Both the position numbers and the translations under genes were made by a program. Shown one piece after another: positions 1 through 14,427 of a DNA stretch of 64,000 nt (position 1 is the stretch's first letter; each line of letters starts with the position of its first letter). The stretch spans positions 139,609 to 203,608 of the forward strand of contig CAWFRL010000013.1 of the NCBI GenBank assembly GCA_963818215.1, in the 5' to 3' direction. The DNA is from Vicinamibacteria bacterium (GTDB lineage: Bacteria; Acidobacteriota; Vicinamibacteria; Vicinamibacterales; JAENWD01). A model generated the notes under the pieces. That model saw only the letters and a program-made list of their open reading frames with translations, did not search any database and was not told the DNA's origin.

Positions 1-1490
1 GCTCCGCGCCTGGCCTCATCCACCATCTGCCGCACCTCGGCCATCAGCGTCGGGCCGTGATAGGGGATGCCGTCCTTGATGGTCCATTCCACGCCGCCGC
101 CGCGCGTGACCTGGCCGTTGACGACGACGTCGGTGCCGGCGGGATTGAGCAGGCGCAGGTTCTCGAGCGGGTTGCCGTTGACGACGAGCAGGTCGGCGGT
201 GAAGCCGACGCGCACCTTGCCGAGCCGATCGCCCAGCCCCAGAAGCCGCGCGCCGTTGACGGTCGCGTGCGCGATCACTTCCAGCGGATGGAAGCCGGCC
301 TCCTCGTGCAGCTCGAGCTCGCGCACCAGGCCGAAGCCGTAGAGCGAGTAGATGTATCCGGCGTCGTCGCCGGTCGTAATCAGGCCGCCCTTCAAGCCGA
401 AGTGCCGCAGCGTGTCCATCCAGATGCGGTAGTTCTGGCGCCAGCGCACTTCCTGCGTGTTGCCCCAGCCGACGAAGTACGAGCCGTGGTTGTCGAGGTT
501 CGGCTTCCAGTAGAGCTCCATCGACGGGTGCAGGTAGTCGCGATACCACGGCAGGTTCTGCGCGCGGATGGCGTCCCGGCTGGCTTCGTAGATCGACAGC
601 GTCGGGCTCCACGCGACGCCCTTGCTGGCCATCAGCTCGACGATCGCGCGAAGCTTGTCGGGATTGGCCTGCGCGTAGAGTTCGCCCGCGCGGGCGAAGC
701 GATGGAACTCGTTGCTGTAGTTCATGTCGGGCGGGAAGTTCTGGATGCCGTCGAGCGCGGCGTCGCCGATGCCGTAGAAGTGCTCGATCGACGTCACGCC
801 GAGCTCGATGTAGTCTCTCGCCGTCGTCTCCTCGACGCCGATGTGGGTCGTGGTCGGCAGGCCAAGCGCCTTGGCCTCGCTCATCACGACCTCGAGCTGA
901 TCGCGGTCGAGGAACATCAGCTTCAGGCCGTCGGCGCCGGCGGCCTTGGCGTCGCGCACGCCCTGGCGGATTTCGTCGTGCGTCTGTCGCTTGCCCATCG
1001 AGGGACGCGTGAATGCGACGATGCGCGGCGAGATGATCGTGTGCTCGTCGCTCTCCTTCTGCCAGCGCTTGCTCTTGGCGAGGTTGCCGCCAAGCTCGCG
1101 GGCCGTGGTCACGCCAGAGGCCAGGTACAAGTTGCGTTCGTACTGGATCGGCTGCGGCACGCCAGGCGCGCGCTCTTCGTGCCAGTGCATGTGCGTGTTG
1201 ACCAGGCCCGGCATCACGTACTTCCCGGTGCCATCGATCACCGCGTCGGCCGACGGGCCGCTGGCGCCGGCGCGCGGTCCAACCGCCGTGATGATGCCCG
1301 CCTCCACGACGACGTCCACCGGGCCGAAGGCCGGCTTGGCGTTGCCGTAAATCACCATCGCGTTGCGGATGACCAGCCGTTTGGGCGTGCGGGCGTGAAG
1401 CCTGGCGGCATCCTCGCCTGCGGGGCGCTGCGAGAGGGCGGTGCTTGCGGCCAGCACAAGCGAGAGGGCGAAGGCGGCCACGATGCGCAT
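1..1490 (-). CDS. amidohydrolase family protein (secreted metal-dependent hydrolase); 3' end lies beyond window start
   Basis: Hand translation of reverse strand from ATG (rc of 1488-1490): MRIVAAFALSLVLAASTALSQRPAGEDAARLHARTPKRLVIRNAMVIYGN (signal peptide). Internal ...AVIDGTGKYVMPGLVNTHMHWH gives the HxH metal motif. Frame is still open at ...VTRGGGVEWTIKDGIPYHGPTLMAEVRQMVDEARRG at the window edge, same frame at both ends. Absent from the ORF track only because there is no in-window stop. Confidence 0.75.
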   Translation of the reverse strand, partial: MRIVAAFALSLVLAASTALSQRPAGEDAARLHARTPKRLVIRNAMVIYGNAKPAFGPVDVVVEAGIITAVGPRAGASGPSADAVIDGTGKYVMPGLVNTHMHWHEERAPGVPQPIQYERNLYLASGVTTARELGGNLAKSKRWQKESDEHTIISPRIVAFTRPSMGKRQTHDEIRQGVRDAKAAGADGLKLMFLDRDQLEVVMSEAKALGLPTTTHIGVEETTARDYIELGVTSIEHFYGIGDAALDGIQNFPPDMNYSNEFHRFARAGELYAQANPDKLRAIVELMASKGVAWSPTLSIYEASRDAIRAQNLPWYRDYLHPSMELYWKPNLDNHGSYFVGWGNTQEVRWRQNYRIWMDTLRHFGLKGGLITTGDDAGYIYSLYGFGLVRELELHEEAGFHPLEVIAHATVNGARLLGLGDRLGKVRVGFTADLLVVNGNPLENLRLLNPAGTDVVVNGQVTRGGGVEWTIKDGIPYHGPTLMAEVRQMVDEARRG

Positions 1491-1516
1491 GAGGGCTGAT
1501 GATACATTCGAGCGCT

Positions 1517-2372
1517 ATGGAAACGCAGCCGCTTGCCTACATGTCGCCGGAGTTCCTGACCTCGGACGAGGCCCGGCCCATTCGCCTGATGGCCGAGTAC
1601 CTCGAACCGCTGCGGCGCTTCCGCAAGGAACGCATCCGCGACACCGTGGTGTTCTTCGGGTCGGCGAGGACGCGCAGCCGCGAGGCCGCCGAGCGGCATC
1701 TGGCCGAGGTGCACGGCGGCAAGGCGCTCGGAAACCGAAGCGTGGACGCCGCGGTGAGGGACGCGACCAAGGCCGTCGAGTGGTCGCGGTACTACGAAGA
1801 CGCGCGGGCGCTGTCGCACCGCCTGACCGCCTGGTCGTCCCAGATTCCCGGGCCGTGCCACCGCTTCGTCGTGTGCTCGGGTGGAGGCCCCGGCATCATG
1901 GAGGCCGCCAACCGGGGCGCGTACGAGGCCGGGGGCAAGAGCATCGGCCTCAACATCCGGCTGCCGTTCGAGCAGGTACTCGAACCCGTACATCTCGAAG
2001 AAGCTGCACTTCGAGTTCCACTACTTCTTCATGCGCAAGTTCTGGTTCGCCTACCTCGCCAAGGCGCTGGTGGTGTTTCCGGGCGGCTTCGGGACGCTCG
2101 ACGAGCTGTTCGAGATCCTGACGCTCGAGCAGACCGAGAAGCTGACCGATCGGACGACCATCCTGTTGTATGGCAGCGACTACTGGGACCAGGTCCTCAA
2201 CATGCAGCCGATGGTCGAGTGGGGCGCCGTCGGCCCGGCGGATCCCGATCTGCTGGTGCGCGTGAACAGCGTCGACGAGGCGTTCTCGGCGCTGAAGGTG
2301 CACCTGGAATCGCACCTGGCGTCAGAAGAAGAGAACCAGCAGGCGCCCGTGCTGGCGAAGACGCATCGGTAG
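1517..2372 (+). CDS. LOG family protein (TIGR00730-type nucleotide phosphoribohydrolase); one frameshift as sequenced
   Basis: N-part from ORF 1499-2923 (...[37 protein letters not shown]) joins C-part from ORF 1881-2372 ([22 protein letters not shown]...[18 protein letters not shown], PGGxGTxxE motif). Frame change near 1975-1990. ATG 1517 chosen; alternatives are 1499 and 1541. Confidence 0.8.
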
Positions 2373-2377
2373 ACAGA

Positions 2378-2426
2378 ATTGCAGATTGCAGATCGGATGT
2401 ACGTAGGCGGAACTTCAGTTCCGCAC
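2378..2426. repeat. intergenic repeat module: 2x ATTGCAG heptamer followed by a GCGGAAC-TTCA-GTTCCGC hairpin
   Basis: ATTGCAGATTGCAGAT at 2378-2393. 7-bp stem 2407-2413 / 2418-2424 with loop TTCA. The 14-mer GGCGGAACTTCAGT recurs at 60082-60095. The heptamer recurs at 24324-24358 and 58157-58177. Confidence 0.75.
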
Positions 2427-2435
2427 GGAGAGACC

Positions 2436-2918
2436 ATGGATCACACGACACGCCGCAGACTCGTCGACCAGTATCGCGACGGCTATGCCGAGGTGATGGC
2501 GGCTCTCGAGGGCGCAACAGACGCCGACCTCGACAGGCGGCCGGCGCCCGACAAGTGGACGTCGCGCGAGATCGTCCACCACCTCGCCGACAGCGAGATG
2601 ACCTCGGCGATCCGGCTCCGGCGTCTCATCGCCGAAGACAATCCCGTCATCGTCGGGTACGACCAGGAGCAATTCGCGCGCGTGCTGAAATACGACCGGC
2701 CCATCGCCGCGTCGCTGGCCGCCTTCAAGGCCGCGCGCGAGACGACGACGGAGATTCTGGAACGGCTGACCGAAGCCGAGTGGGCGCGGACCGGCACTCA
2801 CTCCGAGGCTGGCGCTTACAGCGTGATCAAGTGGCTCGAGATCTACGCGGTGCACGCCCATGGTCACGCCGACCAGATTCGGCGGGCGAGAGCGTCAGCA
2901 GGCAGCATAGGCAGCTGA
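2436..2918 (+). CDS. DinB family protein (DinB_2-like metal-dependent fold)
   Basis: ORF 2379-2918, with start taken at ATG 2436 ([17 protein letters not shown]...). His-rich DinB-like elements: ...[14 protein letters not shown]... and ...[16 protein letters not shown]. Confidence 0.75.
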   Translation: MDHTTRRRLVDQYRDGYAEVMAALEGATDADLDRRPAPDKWTSREIVHHLADSEMTSAIRLRRLIAEDNPVIVGYDQEQFARVLKYDRPIAASLAAFKAARETTTEILERLTEAEWARTGTHSEAGAYSVIKWLEIYAVHAHGHADQIRRARASAGSIGS

Positions 2919-3322
2919 CCTAGGCGCACGGGACTCGGTGGCCCCGGCGTGAGCGTGACGTACATCGGGCCGACGCCGAACACGAACAGCAGGTAGAACA
3001 AGCTCCCCGGCGCGCGGTTGACGGTGGTGTAGTGCACGTCCTCACCAGGCGCCGCGTTGAAGCTTACTGTCTTCCAGACCAGGGTGTTGTTTGCCCGCAG
3101 CGTGTGCGGCCCCGGCAGGATCTCGCAGGTGTGCGTCTGGCCGTACAGCAAGGTCGCCAGCTTCTTGCCGTCCAGGCTCATGATGATCTGCCGGTCCCTG
3201 GCGTCGAGCGGCGACGTGCGATGAATCGTCAGCCGCGTCGGCCGAAGGACGGGCCAGCCGTCGTCATCAATCCGCGACGCCGGCAGTCCCACGGCGGGTG
3301 GCGCATCAGTCGCAATCGGCAT
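2864..3322 (-). CDS. hypothetical protein (small beta-rich domain plus one C-terminal TM helix)
   Basis: ORF 2864-3322(-), 152 aa, starting 13 nt after the stop of the upstream minus-strand gene. Hydrophobic [17 protein letters not shown] segment. The last ~18 codons overlap the convergent DinB 3' end, so the true stop may be near 2921 if an indel is present. Confidence 0.4.
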   Translation of the reverse strand: MPIATDAPPAVGLPASRIDDDGWPVLRPTRLTIHRTSPLDARDRQIIMSLDGKKLATLLYGQTHTCEILPGPHTLRANNTLVWKTVSFNAAPGEDVHYTTVNRAPGSLFYLLFVFGVGPMYVTLTPGPPSPVRLGQLPMLPADALARRIWSA

Positions 3323-3334
3323 CCGAACGAACGC

Positions 3335-4292
3335 TCAGAAACTGTCCGCCTTCACATACGCCTCGATCAACGCCCGCTCGCCCTCGATGCCGGGCGCGAA
3401 GTTGCCGTGCTCCATGCCCAGCACGAAGGTCTTGCCCGCCGCGGCCGCCTTCTGGTGGATGTGCTTGAAGATGCCCTGGTAGTTCATCTCGCCGGTACCG
3501 GGTTCCTTGCGTCCCGGCACGTCGCCGATCTGGAAGTACGCGATCTCGTCCCACGCCCAGTTCATGTGCTCGATGATGCGGCCTTCGTTGCGCTGCGTGT
3601 GGTACATGTCGTAGAGGATCTTGCAGGCCGGACTGCCCACGGCGCGACACAGCGCGTAGCCCTGATCGGCATAGCGCAGGAACAGATCGGGATTGTCGCT
3701 CAGCGGCTCGAGCACCATCGTCAGGTTGTTCGGCGCAAGGATGTCGGCGCCCCGCTTGAGAATGTCGATCACGTGCCCGGTCTGGATGCCGATCGGCAGG
3801 TTTCGCTCGTAGTAGCCAGGCACCACGGTGGCCCACTTCGCGTTCACGCGCTTGGCCGTGTCGACCGCATCGCGGCACGCCTTCAGGAACGGCTCCCTGA
3901 ACTCGGGCTTGCCCGTGGCGTACGAGACTTTCCAGTTGTCGCCGGCGTCGATCACGAACACGCCCATCGTCATGTTCAACTGCGCCAGCGTCTTGCCGAT
4001 GGCCTCCTGCTCGGCCACCGGGCGCTTCATCAGCCCGTTGTCCTCGAAGGCCGTGAACCCGACGTCGGCCATGAAGCGCAGCTGATCCAGCAAGTCCTCG
4101 CCGGCGTGCGCCTTGAACATCCCGAAGTGCGGCCCGTACTTCAGCTTGAACGTGTTCTTCTTCGGCTTGGCGGCCGCCGCCGGCGCCTGCGCGAACGCGC
4201 TTTCAGCAGGGCTGAAGCCCTGCCCCACGACTGCGGCCGTGGCCGCGGACTTCGCCGCGCGCGGACTTCAACAGGAAGTCACGACGATGCAT
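3335..4292 (-). CDS. hydroxypyruvate isomerase-like / sugar phosphate isomerase-epimerase (xylose isomerase-like TIM barrel) with Tat signal; one frameshift
   Basis: ORF 3335-4228(-): ...KLKYGPHFGMFKAHAGEDLLDQLRFMADVGFTAFEDNG...LVLEPLS...ILYDMYHTQRNEG...YFQIGDVPGRKEPGTGEMNY. Upstream ATG (rc 4290-4292) gives MHRRDFLLKSAR (twin-arginine), which joins after a frame change near 4255-4270. Confidence 0.75.
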
Positions 4293-4310
4293 GTGACCTG
4301 TGAATCCTGC

Positions 4311-4357
4311 CTGAACCCGTGAACCTGTGAACCCGTGAACCTGTGAACCCGTGAACC
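4311..4357. repeat. tandem octamer array YGTGAACC (5 full units plus a partial)
   Basis: CTGAACC then CGTGAACC TGTGAACC CGTGAACC TGTGAACC CGTGAACC (4318-4357). It fills most of the spacer between the DUF2269-like gene stop (4363) and the TIM-barrel gene start (4292). Confidence 0.9.
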
Positions 4358-4362
4358 CGGTC

Positions 4363-4814
4363 TTATACCGGCTTGTAAACCATCAACGCGACGATCACGA
4401 GCACGATGAGGCCGAGGATGCCGCCGAGCATCGACCCCCGCTTCGACAGGCGCACGAACTCGGCGTCGTCGGCCCCCGGGATTCGAGAATCGCGATCTGT
4501 TTGCGGAGCGTGGGCGTGTAGAAGCCGAGGGCCAGCACGAAGGCCACGACGAGCAAGGCCATCGACACGTGGATCCACATCAGCGACCACGGATAGCCCG
4601 ACGTGTGGACCATGCCCACGCCCGTCAGCAGCAGCAGGCCATAGCACGGATTGGCGACGTAGTCGTCCATGAACTTCACCGTGCGCAGCGCGAATTTCAG
4701 TTCGGCCGTGCCGGCCTTCCGCGCGCGGCCGATGATGAGGCCGTAGGCGGAGTTGAACCCGACTGCGGTGATGGCCAGCACGACGTGCAGAAACTTCAAG
4801 GTGGTGTAGAGCAT
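4363..4814 (-). CDS. DUF2269-like integral membrane protein; one frameshift
   Basis: ORF 4395-4814(-) MLYTTLKFLHVVLAITAVGFNSAYG...RKQIAILESRGP joins the tail of ORF 4363-4977(-) DDAEFVRLSKRGSMLGGILGLIVLVIVALMVYKPV. The junction sits at the C5 run 4473-4477. Confidence 0.55.
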
Positions 4815-4884
4815 TTCCCGGGAATCCTATCAGACCGGTCCTCAGGTCCGGAGTCCGATTAGAATCGAGCGCCGGAGCCCACCT

Positions 4885-6140
4885 ATGCGCACCCGGATGC
4901 TGTTGACGGCCGTCCTCTTCGCGGGCCCGCTGGCCGAATGGCTGCGGCGGAGCCGTGGCCGGGATTCCGCGGGCCAACCGGCCAGGGGTACTCGAAGGAG
5001 ATCCGGCTGCCGGTGTCGTGGAACGCCACGCGTGACGTCATCTGGAAAACGCCGATTCCCGGCGAAAGCTGGTCGTCGCCGGTCGTGTGGGGCGGCCGCG
5101 TGTTCGTGACGACCGCGCGCGACGAGGGCCGCGCCTGTCACGTGCTGGCGCTGGACCGCCGGACGGGCGAGGTGCTGTGGGACACGCTGGTCTTCACCCA
5201 GACGCTCAAGCGCAAGGAAGGCCGGAACACGTACGCGACGCCGACGCCGGTGACCGACGGCGCCCGCGTCTATGCCAGCTTCGGCGACGGCAGCTTCGCC
5301 GCCGTCGATGCCGTCAACGGCAAGGTCGTCTGGACGAACCGCGACTATCCCGTTCTACGGCCAGCACGGCCTGGGCACCTCGCTCGTCCTGTATCGCGAC
5401 CTGGTGATCATGGCGCGCGACGGCAGCAGCGAGGGCGACGACAAGGCGCTCGGCTGGCAGACGCCGTGGGACCAGTCCTTCGTCATCGCGCTCGACGCCG
5501 GACGGGCCGCCAGCGGTGGAAGGCCAGTCGCGGCCTGTCGCGCATCGCGCACGTCACGCCCATCGTCGCGCGTATCGCCGCGCGCGATGTGCTGGTCAGC
5601 CCGGCCGGCGACGTCGTGCAGGCGTTCGACCTGGCCACGGGCGCCCGGCTGTGGTCCGTGGCGAGCACGGGTGAGGGCGTGGTGCCGTCGCCGGTGATGG
5701 CCGGCGGCCTGGTCGTCACCGTGTCGGGATTCGGCGCGCCGGCGGTGCGCGCGGTGCGGCCCGGCGCGGCCCCCGCGGTCGCGTGGGAGCAGACCAAGGG
5801 CGTGCCGATGCAGGCCTCGCCGGTCGCCTCCGAAGGCCTTGTCTTCCTCGTCAGCGATGCCGGCATCCTGAGCGCGCTGGATCAGAGCGACCGGCGCGCA
5901 GGTGTGGCAGCAGCGGCTGGAGGGCGCGTTCTCGGCGTCGCCGGTCGTGGCCGACGGCAAGCTCTATCTGCTCAACGAGGCGTGCGAGACCTGCGTGGTC
6001 GCGCCCGGGGCTGGCGTCGTACGCGCTGCTGTCGCGAAATCCGCTCGAAGGCCACTGCCAGGCGTCCATGGCCGTGTCGGGCGGCGTCGCTGTTCATCCG
6101 CAGCGACACCGCGCTCTACGCGATCGGGCAGGCGCGGTGA
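4885..6140 (+). CDS. PQQ-like beta-propeller repeat protein (BamB-like fold), secreted; at least 5 frameshifts
   Basis: Signal MRTRMLLTAVLFAGPLA, then WPGFRGPTGQGYS...WSSPVVWGGRVFVTTA...TGEVLWD. Pieces come from ORFs 4938-6140, 5272-5697, 5902-6171 and 5783-6352. Frame changes near 4940, 5350, 5510, 5895, 6010 and 6085. Ends ...SLFIRSDTALYAIGQAR. Confidence 0.7.
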
Positions 6141-6149
6141 TCGAAGAGG

Positions 6150-7584
6150 GTGCTTCACGTGCGTCGGGTGACAGCTATCGGCAGCATCACGGTTATCGCC
6201 GCGCTGGCCGTCGGGCTCGGCGTTCCGGCCTCTGCGCAGTCGCCGTTGCCGCGGCTGAAGGTGTCGGAGCAACAAGCGGTTCCTCGTCACCGCCGACGGC
6301 AAGCCGTTCTTCTGGCTCGGCGACACGGCGTGGGAGCTGTTCCACCGCCTGAACCGCGAGGACGCGGAGAAGTACCTGAAGAACCGCGCCGAGCGGCGCT
6401 TCACCGTCGTGCAGGCGGTGGTGCTGGCAGAGCTCGACGGGCTCAACGACCCGAATGCCTACGGCGAGCGACCGCTCGTCGGCAACGACCCGGCCAAGCC
6501 CAACGAGGCGTACTTCGCGCACGTGGACTGGATCGTCAAGCGCGCCAACGCACTCGGCATCTACGTCGGCATGCTTCCCACGTGGGGCGACAAGTGGAAC
6601 AAGAAGTGGGGCGTCGGCCCGGAGATCTTCACCGTCGCCAACGCCGAGGCGTACGGCGAGTGGCTGGGGCGCCGCTACAAGGACGCCGGCATCATCTGGA
6701 TCCTCGGCGGCGATCGCCCGGTCGAATCTGCCGCGCACATCGACATCATGCGCGCCATGGCACGCGGCCTGCGGAAGGGCGACGGCGGCGCGCACCTGCG
6801 CACGTTTCATCCCACCGGCGGCAACGGCTCGGCCACCTGGTTCCACGACGACGACTGGCTGGACTTCAACATGCGGCAGAACGGCCACGTGCCCGAGTTC
6901 ACCGGCCGCTACGACATGACGCGCGCCGACTACGACCGCACGCCGGTCAAGCCGGTGGTCGACGCCGAGCCGATCTACGAGGATCACCCGGTGTCGTTCG
7001 ACGCCAAGAAGCTCGGCCACTCGATCGGCGGCGACGTGCGCCGGCCGCTGTACTGGGATCTGTTCGACGGCGCCTTCGGCCACACCTACGGCCATCACTC
7101 GGTGTGGCAGATGTGGTCGCCGGCGAGGACGCCAATCAACAACCCGCTGATGCCGTGGCACGAGGCCATCGACCAGCCTGGCGCCGCCCAGATGCAGCAC
7201 GCGCGCGCGCTGCTCGAATCGCGGCCGTTTCTGACCCGCATCCCCGACCCCGACGTGATCGTCGCGGGCACGATTCCGACCAGCGTGCCCGGCACCGGCC
7301 GCTATCACTTTGCCGCCACGCGCGATTCCGCAGGCAGCTACGCGATGGTCTACGCGCCGGTGGGACGGACGTTCAGCGTGAAGATGAGCGTCGATCGCGG
7401 GCCCGACGGTGAAGGCGTGGTGGTTCAATCCCCGCACCGGCGCGGCGACGGCCATCGGCACGTTTCCGAACACGGGCGAGCGCACGTTCACGCCCCCGGA
7501 TGCCGGCGAGATGCTCGACTGGGTGCTGGTGCTCGACGACGAGGCGAAGGGATTCGGAGCGCCGGGTGCGAGGCAGGTCGCTGA
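6150..7584 (+). CDS. glycoside hydrolase family 140 (DUF4038) protein with C-terminal collagenase-type binding domain; at least 2 frameshifts, 3' end uncertain
   Basis: Signal ...[15 protein letters not shown], then [35 protein letters not shown] (DUF4038 signature) after a shift near 6275. Long ORF 6409-7584 follows. The tail [43 protein letters not shown] lies in the frame of ORF 7409-8443 after a shift near 7400. The nearest plausible stop is TGA 7582-7584. Confidence 0.7.
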
Positions 7585-7614
7585 GGCGAGGTGTCGAGGC
7601 GCCAGGCCGACTGA

Positions 7615-10089
7615 CTACTCGGCCCGCAGCGCCTCGACGGGATCGGCCGACGCCGCACGTCGCGACGGCCACCAGCACGCGATGAGCCCGACCGCGAAGG
7701 CGACGAGAGCGGCGGCGAGAAGTGCGATCGGATCGTGCGGCTGCACGCCGACGAGCACCGCGGCGACGGCACGGCCGAGCGCGAGCGCACACGCCAACCC
7801 GGCCAGGACGCCGAATCCGACCAGCCGCGTGCCTTCCTTCATCACCACGGCCCGCAGGCGGCGACGATCCGCGCCGAGCGCCGCGCGAATGGCCAGCTCC
7901 CGTCGTCTGGTGCTCACGGCGAGCGCGATGACCGTGCCGAGCCCGATCGCGCTCAGCAGCGCCGCAAGCGAGGCAAACGCCAGGAAGACGCGCACGACGA
8001 AGCGCCACGGCGCGCTTTCGGATGCGACGATGTCGGCCATCGCGAGCAGCGCCAGCCACCGAGGCACGGGGGTCCACCGCGATCGCGGCGGCGCGAACCG
8101 ACGCGGCGACGTCGGCCGCGTCGCCGCTCGACCGCACCATCAGGTACTTCACGCGCTGGTTCGATTGCGCCGCCGGCACGTATGTGTCGAGACGCACGTC
8201 GTTGAGACCGCGATAGCGCACGTCGTCGACCACTCCCACCACGGTCTGCCAGACCAGTCGCCTGCGCGCCTTCGGGGCCGCCGATACGACATGTCGAACA
8301 GCCGCTGGCCAATCGGGTCGAGGCCTGGCCAGAAGCGTCGCGCCGTCTGCTGGCTCACCACCACGACCCCGGGAGACTGGAGCGTGTCGGTCGCCAGAAA
8401 CCCGCGGCCGCGCACGACCTTGATGCCCATCGCCTCGAAGTAGCCCGGCGTCACCGTCTGCAGGTTGTGATGCGGGTTCAAGCCCCACGTCGTTGGGTTC
8501 TCCGGCACCTGCCCCGGAAAAAACGGCTGGTTGTCCAGCCCGATCGGCCCGCTGAGCGGGCGCAGATACACCGCGCCGACCGACGCGACGCCGGGCAGCG
8601 CAGCGACGCGGGCCTCGATCGCTGCGTAGGTGCGATTCCAGCGGTCGAGGTCGCTCGCTCGTCGGGCGCCACCTCGACGGCAAGCAGGCGATCCGGCTCG
8701 AAGCCGAGGACCGTGCGGTCGAGGCCGAGGACCGTGCGGACGAAGAGCGCCGTGCCGACCAGCAGCGTCAGCGCCAGGGCGACTTGTGCCGTGACCACGA
8801 GCCGTTGGATCAGGCGCCCGCGCGGCAGGCCCGTCGTCGCAGGCCCGTGGGCCAGGACCGACAGCGTGTCGAGCCGGCCCACGACGAGCGCTGGCCACAA
8901 ACCGCACACGAGCACGGAGAGGAAGGCCACCGCGGCCGCAAACGCGAGCACGCGCACGTCGAGCAGACTCACGGTCTCCAGGCGCGGCACGTCCGCCGGT
9001 GCCAGCAGCAGCAAACCTCGCACGGAGGCGAGGCAGACGGCGACCGCTCCGCCACTGGCCGCCGTCGTGATCAGCACGCTTTCGGCGATGGACTGCCGCA
9101 CCAGATGACCGTGACGCGCGCCGAGCGCCAGCCGGACGGCCAGCGCGCGCTCGCGCCGTGCGGCGCGCGACACTTGCAGGCCTGCGACGTTGGCGCACGC
9201 GACCAGCAGCATCAGCGCGGCGCCGCCGAGCAGCGTCCACAGCACCGGCTCGGCCGGCCCGAGCAGGTACGACTGAATCGGCGTCACCACGGCGTTGGTC
9301 GGCGGCTCGGGCCCGCCCTGTGTGTCGGTGGCGCGAACGACGCCGGACAACTCGCCGGCGGCCATCTCCGCCGTCACGCCCGGCCGCAGCCGGCCGACGC
9401 CGTAGAACACCCGAAGCCACTTCATCGCGGCGTCGACGTCGCCGCCGGTCCACTCGGCCGCGTTCATGCGCACCAGCGGCGCCGCCGGCACCCAGATGTC
9501 GGTTCCCCGCGGAAAGTCGAAACCCTCGGGCATCACGCCGACGATTGTCAGGAACTCGCCCGCCTTGCCGGTCGTCGCTGGCGAGGGGCAACGGCCCGGC
9601 CGATCGCGCCGGTGTCTCGTCCGAACCGCCGCGTCCACAGGCTGTGGCTGATCACGGCCACCAGGGGCTTCGGGCCCTGCTCGTCGGCCGGCTCGAAGTG
9701 GCGGCCGATGGCAGGCTGGCGCCCGACGACGCGGAAGAACGACGCCGAGACCGGCGCCATCGACAGCGACTCCGTTGCCCGCCAGCGGGAGGGGCCAGTT
9801 GACCGACCCGATCACCGCGATCTCGTCGAACGAGCGCGAGCGGCGCCGCCAGTCGAGCGCTTCGCCGTAGGAGACCTCCATCACCGGCAGGGCGCGGCGC
9901 AGGTCGCGCTGCCAGATCACGCGCGACGCGGTCCGGTTCGGCAAACGGCAGCGGGCGCAGGATGACGGCGTGGACGATCGCGTAGATGGCGGTGGAGGCG
10001 CCGATGGTCAAGCTCAGCAGGGCGACGGCCGCGGCGGTAAATCGCCAGTCGGCGGCCAGTGAACGGACGGCGTCGCGGAATTCGCGCAT
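7615..10089 (-). CDS. ADOP family duplicated orphan permease (two MacB/FtsX-type permease modules, no adjacent ATPase); at least 6 frameshifts
   Basis: N-term [49 protein letters not shown]. Pieces come from ORFs 9652-11445, 8478-9944, 9548-9760, 8149-9591, 7373-8683 and 7615-8067 (all minus strand). Ends ...[21 protein letters not shown]. Two FtsX-like blocks: ...[31 protein letters not shown]... and ...[15 protein letters not shown]... Confidence 0.8.
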
Positions 10090-10173
10090 GAAAAGGCTCC
10101 TGTTCGGAGCGCATCCTAGCACCCTGGGGTGCCGTCGTCCGCGGCCGGCAGGTGGTACAATCTCAGGTTTGAC

Positions 10174-13021
<2,848 letters not shown>

Positions 13022-13228
13022 TGTGTCGTGTGCGCCACACTTGTGTCGACGTACGGCTGTGGTTATCGAGCCACAAAGACGGATTTCAACCTCGGCGACT
13101 CCGATCCGGCTAGGCAGCCGTAAGTGACTGATAATACGTGATATGACTACCTCGACAGCGAGCTCGTGAAACTCCGGCACCATGTTTGCTGTCCATGCTG
13201 GCGCCCGAATGCGGGCAACGAAGGTTTC

Positions 13229-14128
13229 ATGGACGCACAGCGCACCCTCAAACGCTCGATTTCTTGTGCCGGCATCGGGCTCCACTCCGGCAAGAAGGTC
13301 AATCTCTCGCTGAAGCCTGCCCCGGCCAACACCGGCATCCGGTTCCGCCGGACCGATCTGGGCGGCATCGAGATTCCGGCCCGTGCCACGCACGTGGGCG
13401 CCGTCGCGTACGCGACGCAGCTCAAGTCGGGCGAGGCGACCGTCGAGACCGTCGAGCACCTGCTGGCGGCGCTGGCGTCGGCGCGCATCGACAACGCGTT
13501 CATCGAGCTCAACACCCGCGAAGTGCCCATCATGGACGGCAGCAGCGCGCCGTTCGTGTATCTGCTGCAGGAAGCCGGCGTCAAGGTGCTGGCCGAGCCG
13601 CGCCGGTATCTGAAGATCATGCGCCCGATCAGCCTGTCGAAGGGCGACAAGCAGATCGCGCTCTATCCGTCGGATCAGTTCAAGGTCACCTACACGATCG
13701 GGTTCGATCACCCGCTGCTGCGCCACCAGTCGCGCGCGATCACGGTGACCGAGCACAGCTTCGCGGAAGAAATCGCGCCGGCGCGCACCTTCACGTTCCT
13801 GAAGGAAGTGGAGATGCTGCGGCAGAACGGCCTGGCGCTGGGCGGCTCGCTCGACAACGCCATCGTCGTCGGCGACACCGGCGTGCTGAACAGCTCGCTG
13901 CGCTTCGAGGACGAGTTCGTCCGCCACAAGATTCTGGATCTCATCGGCGATCTCTCGCTGGTCGGTCATCCCGTCGTCGCGCATGCCGTCGTGACGCGTG
14001 GCGGGCACGCCCTGCACACCGCCATGGCCACGCAGGTGCTGGCCGAGCCGGATGCGTGGCAGCTGGTCGAGGCGCCGTCGGACGTGCCGACGCCGGCGAC
14101 GGCCGTGCCGGTGACGGCGACGAACTAG
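13229..14128 (+). CDS. lpxC: UDP-3-O-acyl-N-acetylglucosamine deacetylase LpxC (intact)
   Basis: ORF 13166-14128, start taken at ATG 13229. MDAQRTLKRSISCAGIGLHSGKKVNLSLKPAPANTGIRFRRTD...TVEHLLAAL...PIMDGSSAPF...HKILDLIGDLSL. Confidence 0.95.
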   Translation: MDAQRTLKRSISCAGIGLHSGKKVNLSLKPAPANTGIRFRRTDLGGIEIPARATHVGAVAYATQLKSGEATVETVEHLLAALASARIDNAFIELNTREVPIMDGSSAPFVYLLQEAGVKVLAEPRRYLKIMRPISLSKGDKQIALYPSDQFKVTYTIGFDHPLLRHQSRAITVTEHSFAEEIAPARTFTFLKEVEMLRQNGLALGGSLDNAIVVGDTGVLNSSLRFEDEFVRHKILDLIGDLSLVGHPVVAHAVVTRGGHALHTAMATQVLAEPDAWQLVEAPSDVPTPATAVPVTATN

Positions 14129-14161
14129 GCTTCGGATCGACAATCCCTCTCCAGGCCTCAA

Positions 14162-14190
14162 GGGCGCGAGCAATCGCGCCCTTTTTTTTT
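14162..14190 (+). terminator. Rho-independent terminator downstream of lpxC
   Basis: GGGCGCGA-GCAA-TCGCGCCC perfect 8-bp stem (14162-14181) followed by T9 (14182-14190). Confidence 0.85.
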
Positions 14191-14389
14191 GGGTCCGGGT
14201 TCCAGGGTCCCTGTGGAGCCCTGTGGGGTCGGGCCTGCGCATGGCAGTATTTGCCACGCGATTGCACCAGAACCGGGCGTTTTGAGGGCCAGCTCGGCTG
14301 CTGAGATCGGCCGAATGTCGAGTCCTCCCGGATTACAGAGCGGCACGCGTTATGCGCTGGGACGAGTGAGTCGCAGATTTTGAAATGCT

Positions 14390-14427
14390 GAGGCCCGACC
14401 CCGACAGTCTGCGAGGCCCGACCCCGA
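14390..14427. repeat. two direct copies of GAGGCCCGACCCCGA (23-nt period)
   Basis: Copies at 14390-14404 and 14413-14427, just 3' of the minus-strand permease stop (14431-14433). The inverse complement GGGGTCGGGCC lies at 14225-14235. Confidence 0.8.

Noticed and set aside
57-1499. 480-aa plus-strand ORF covering the first 1.5 kb
   Set aside because: It is antisense to a clearly protein-like amidohydrolase frame. Its translation is Arg/Ala/Val/Gly/Asp-rich with no motifs, typical of a shadow ORF in high-GC DNA.
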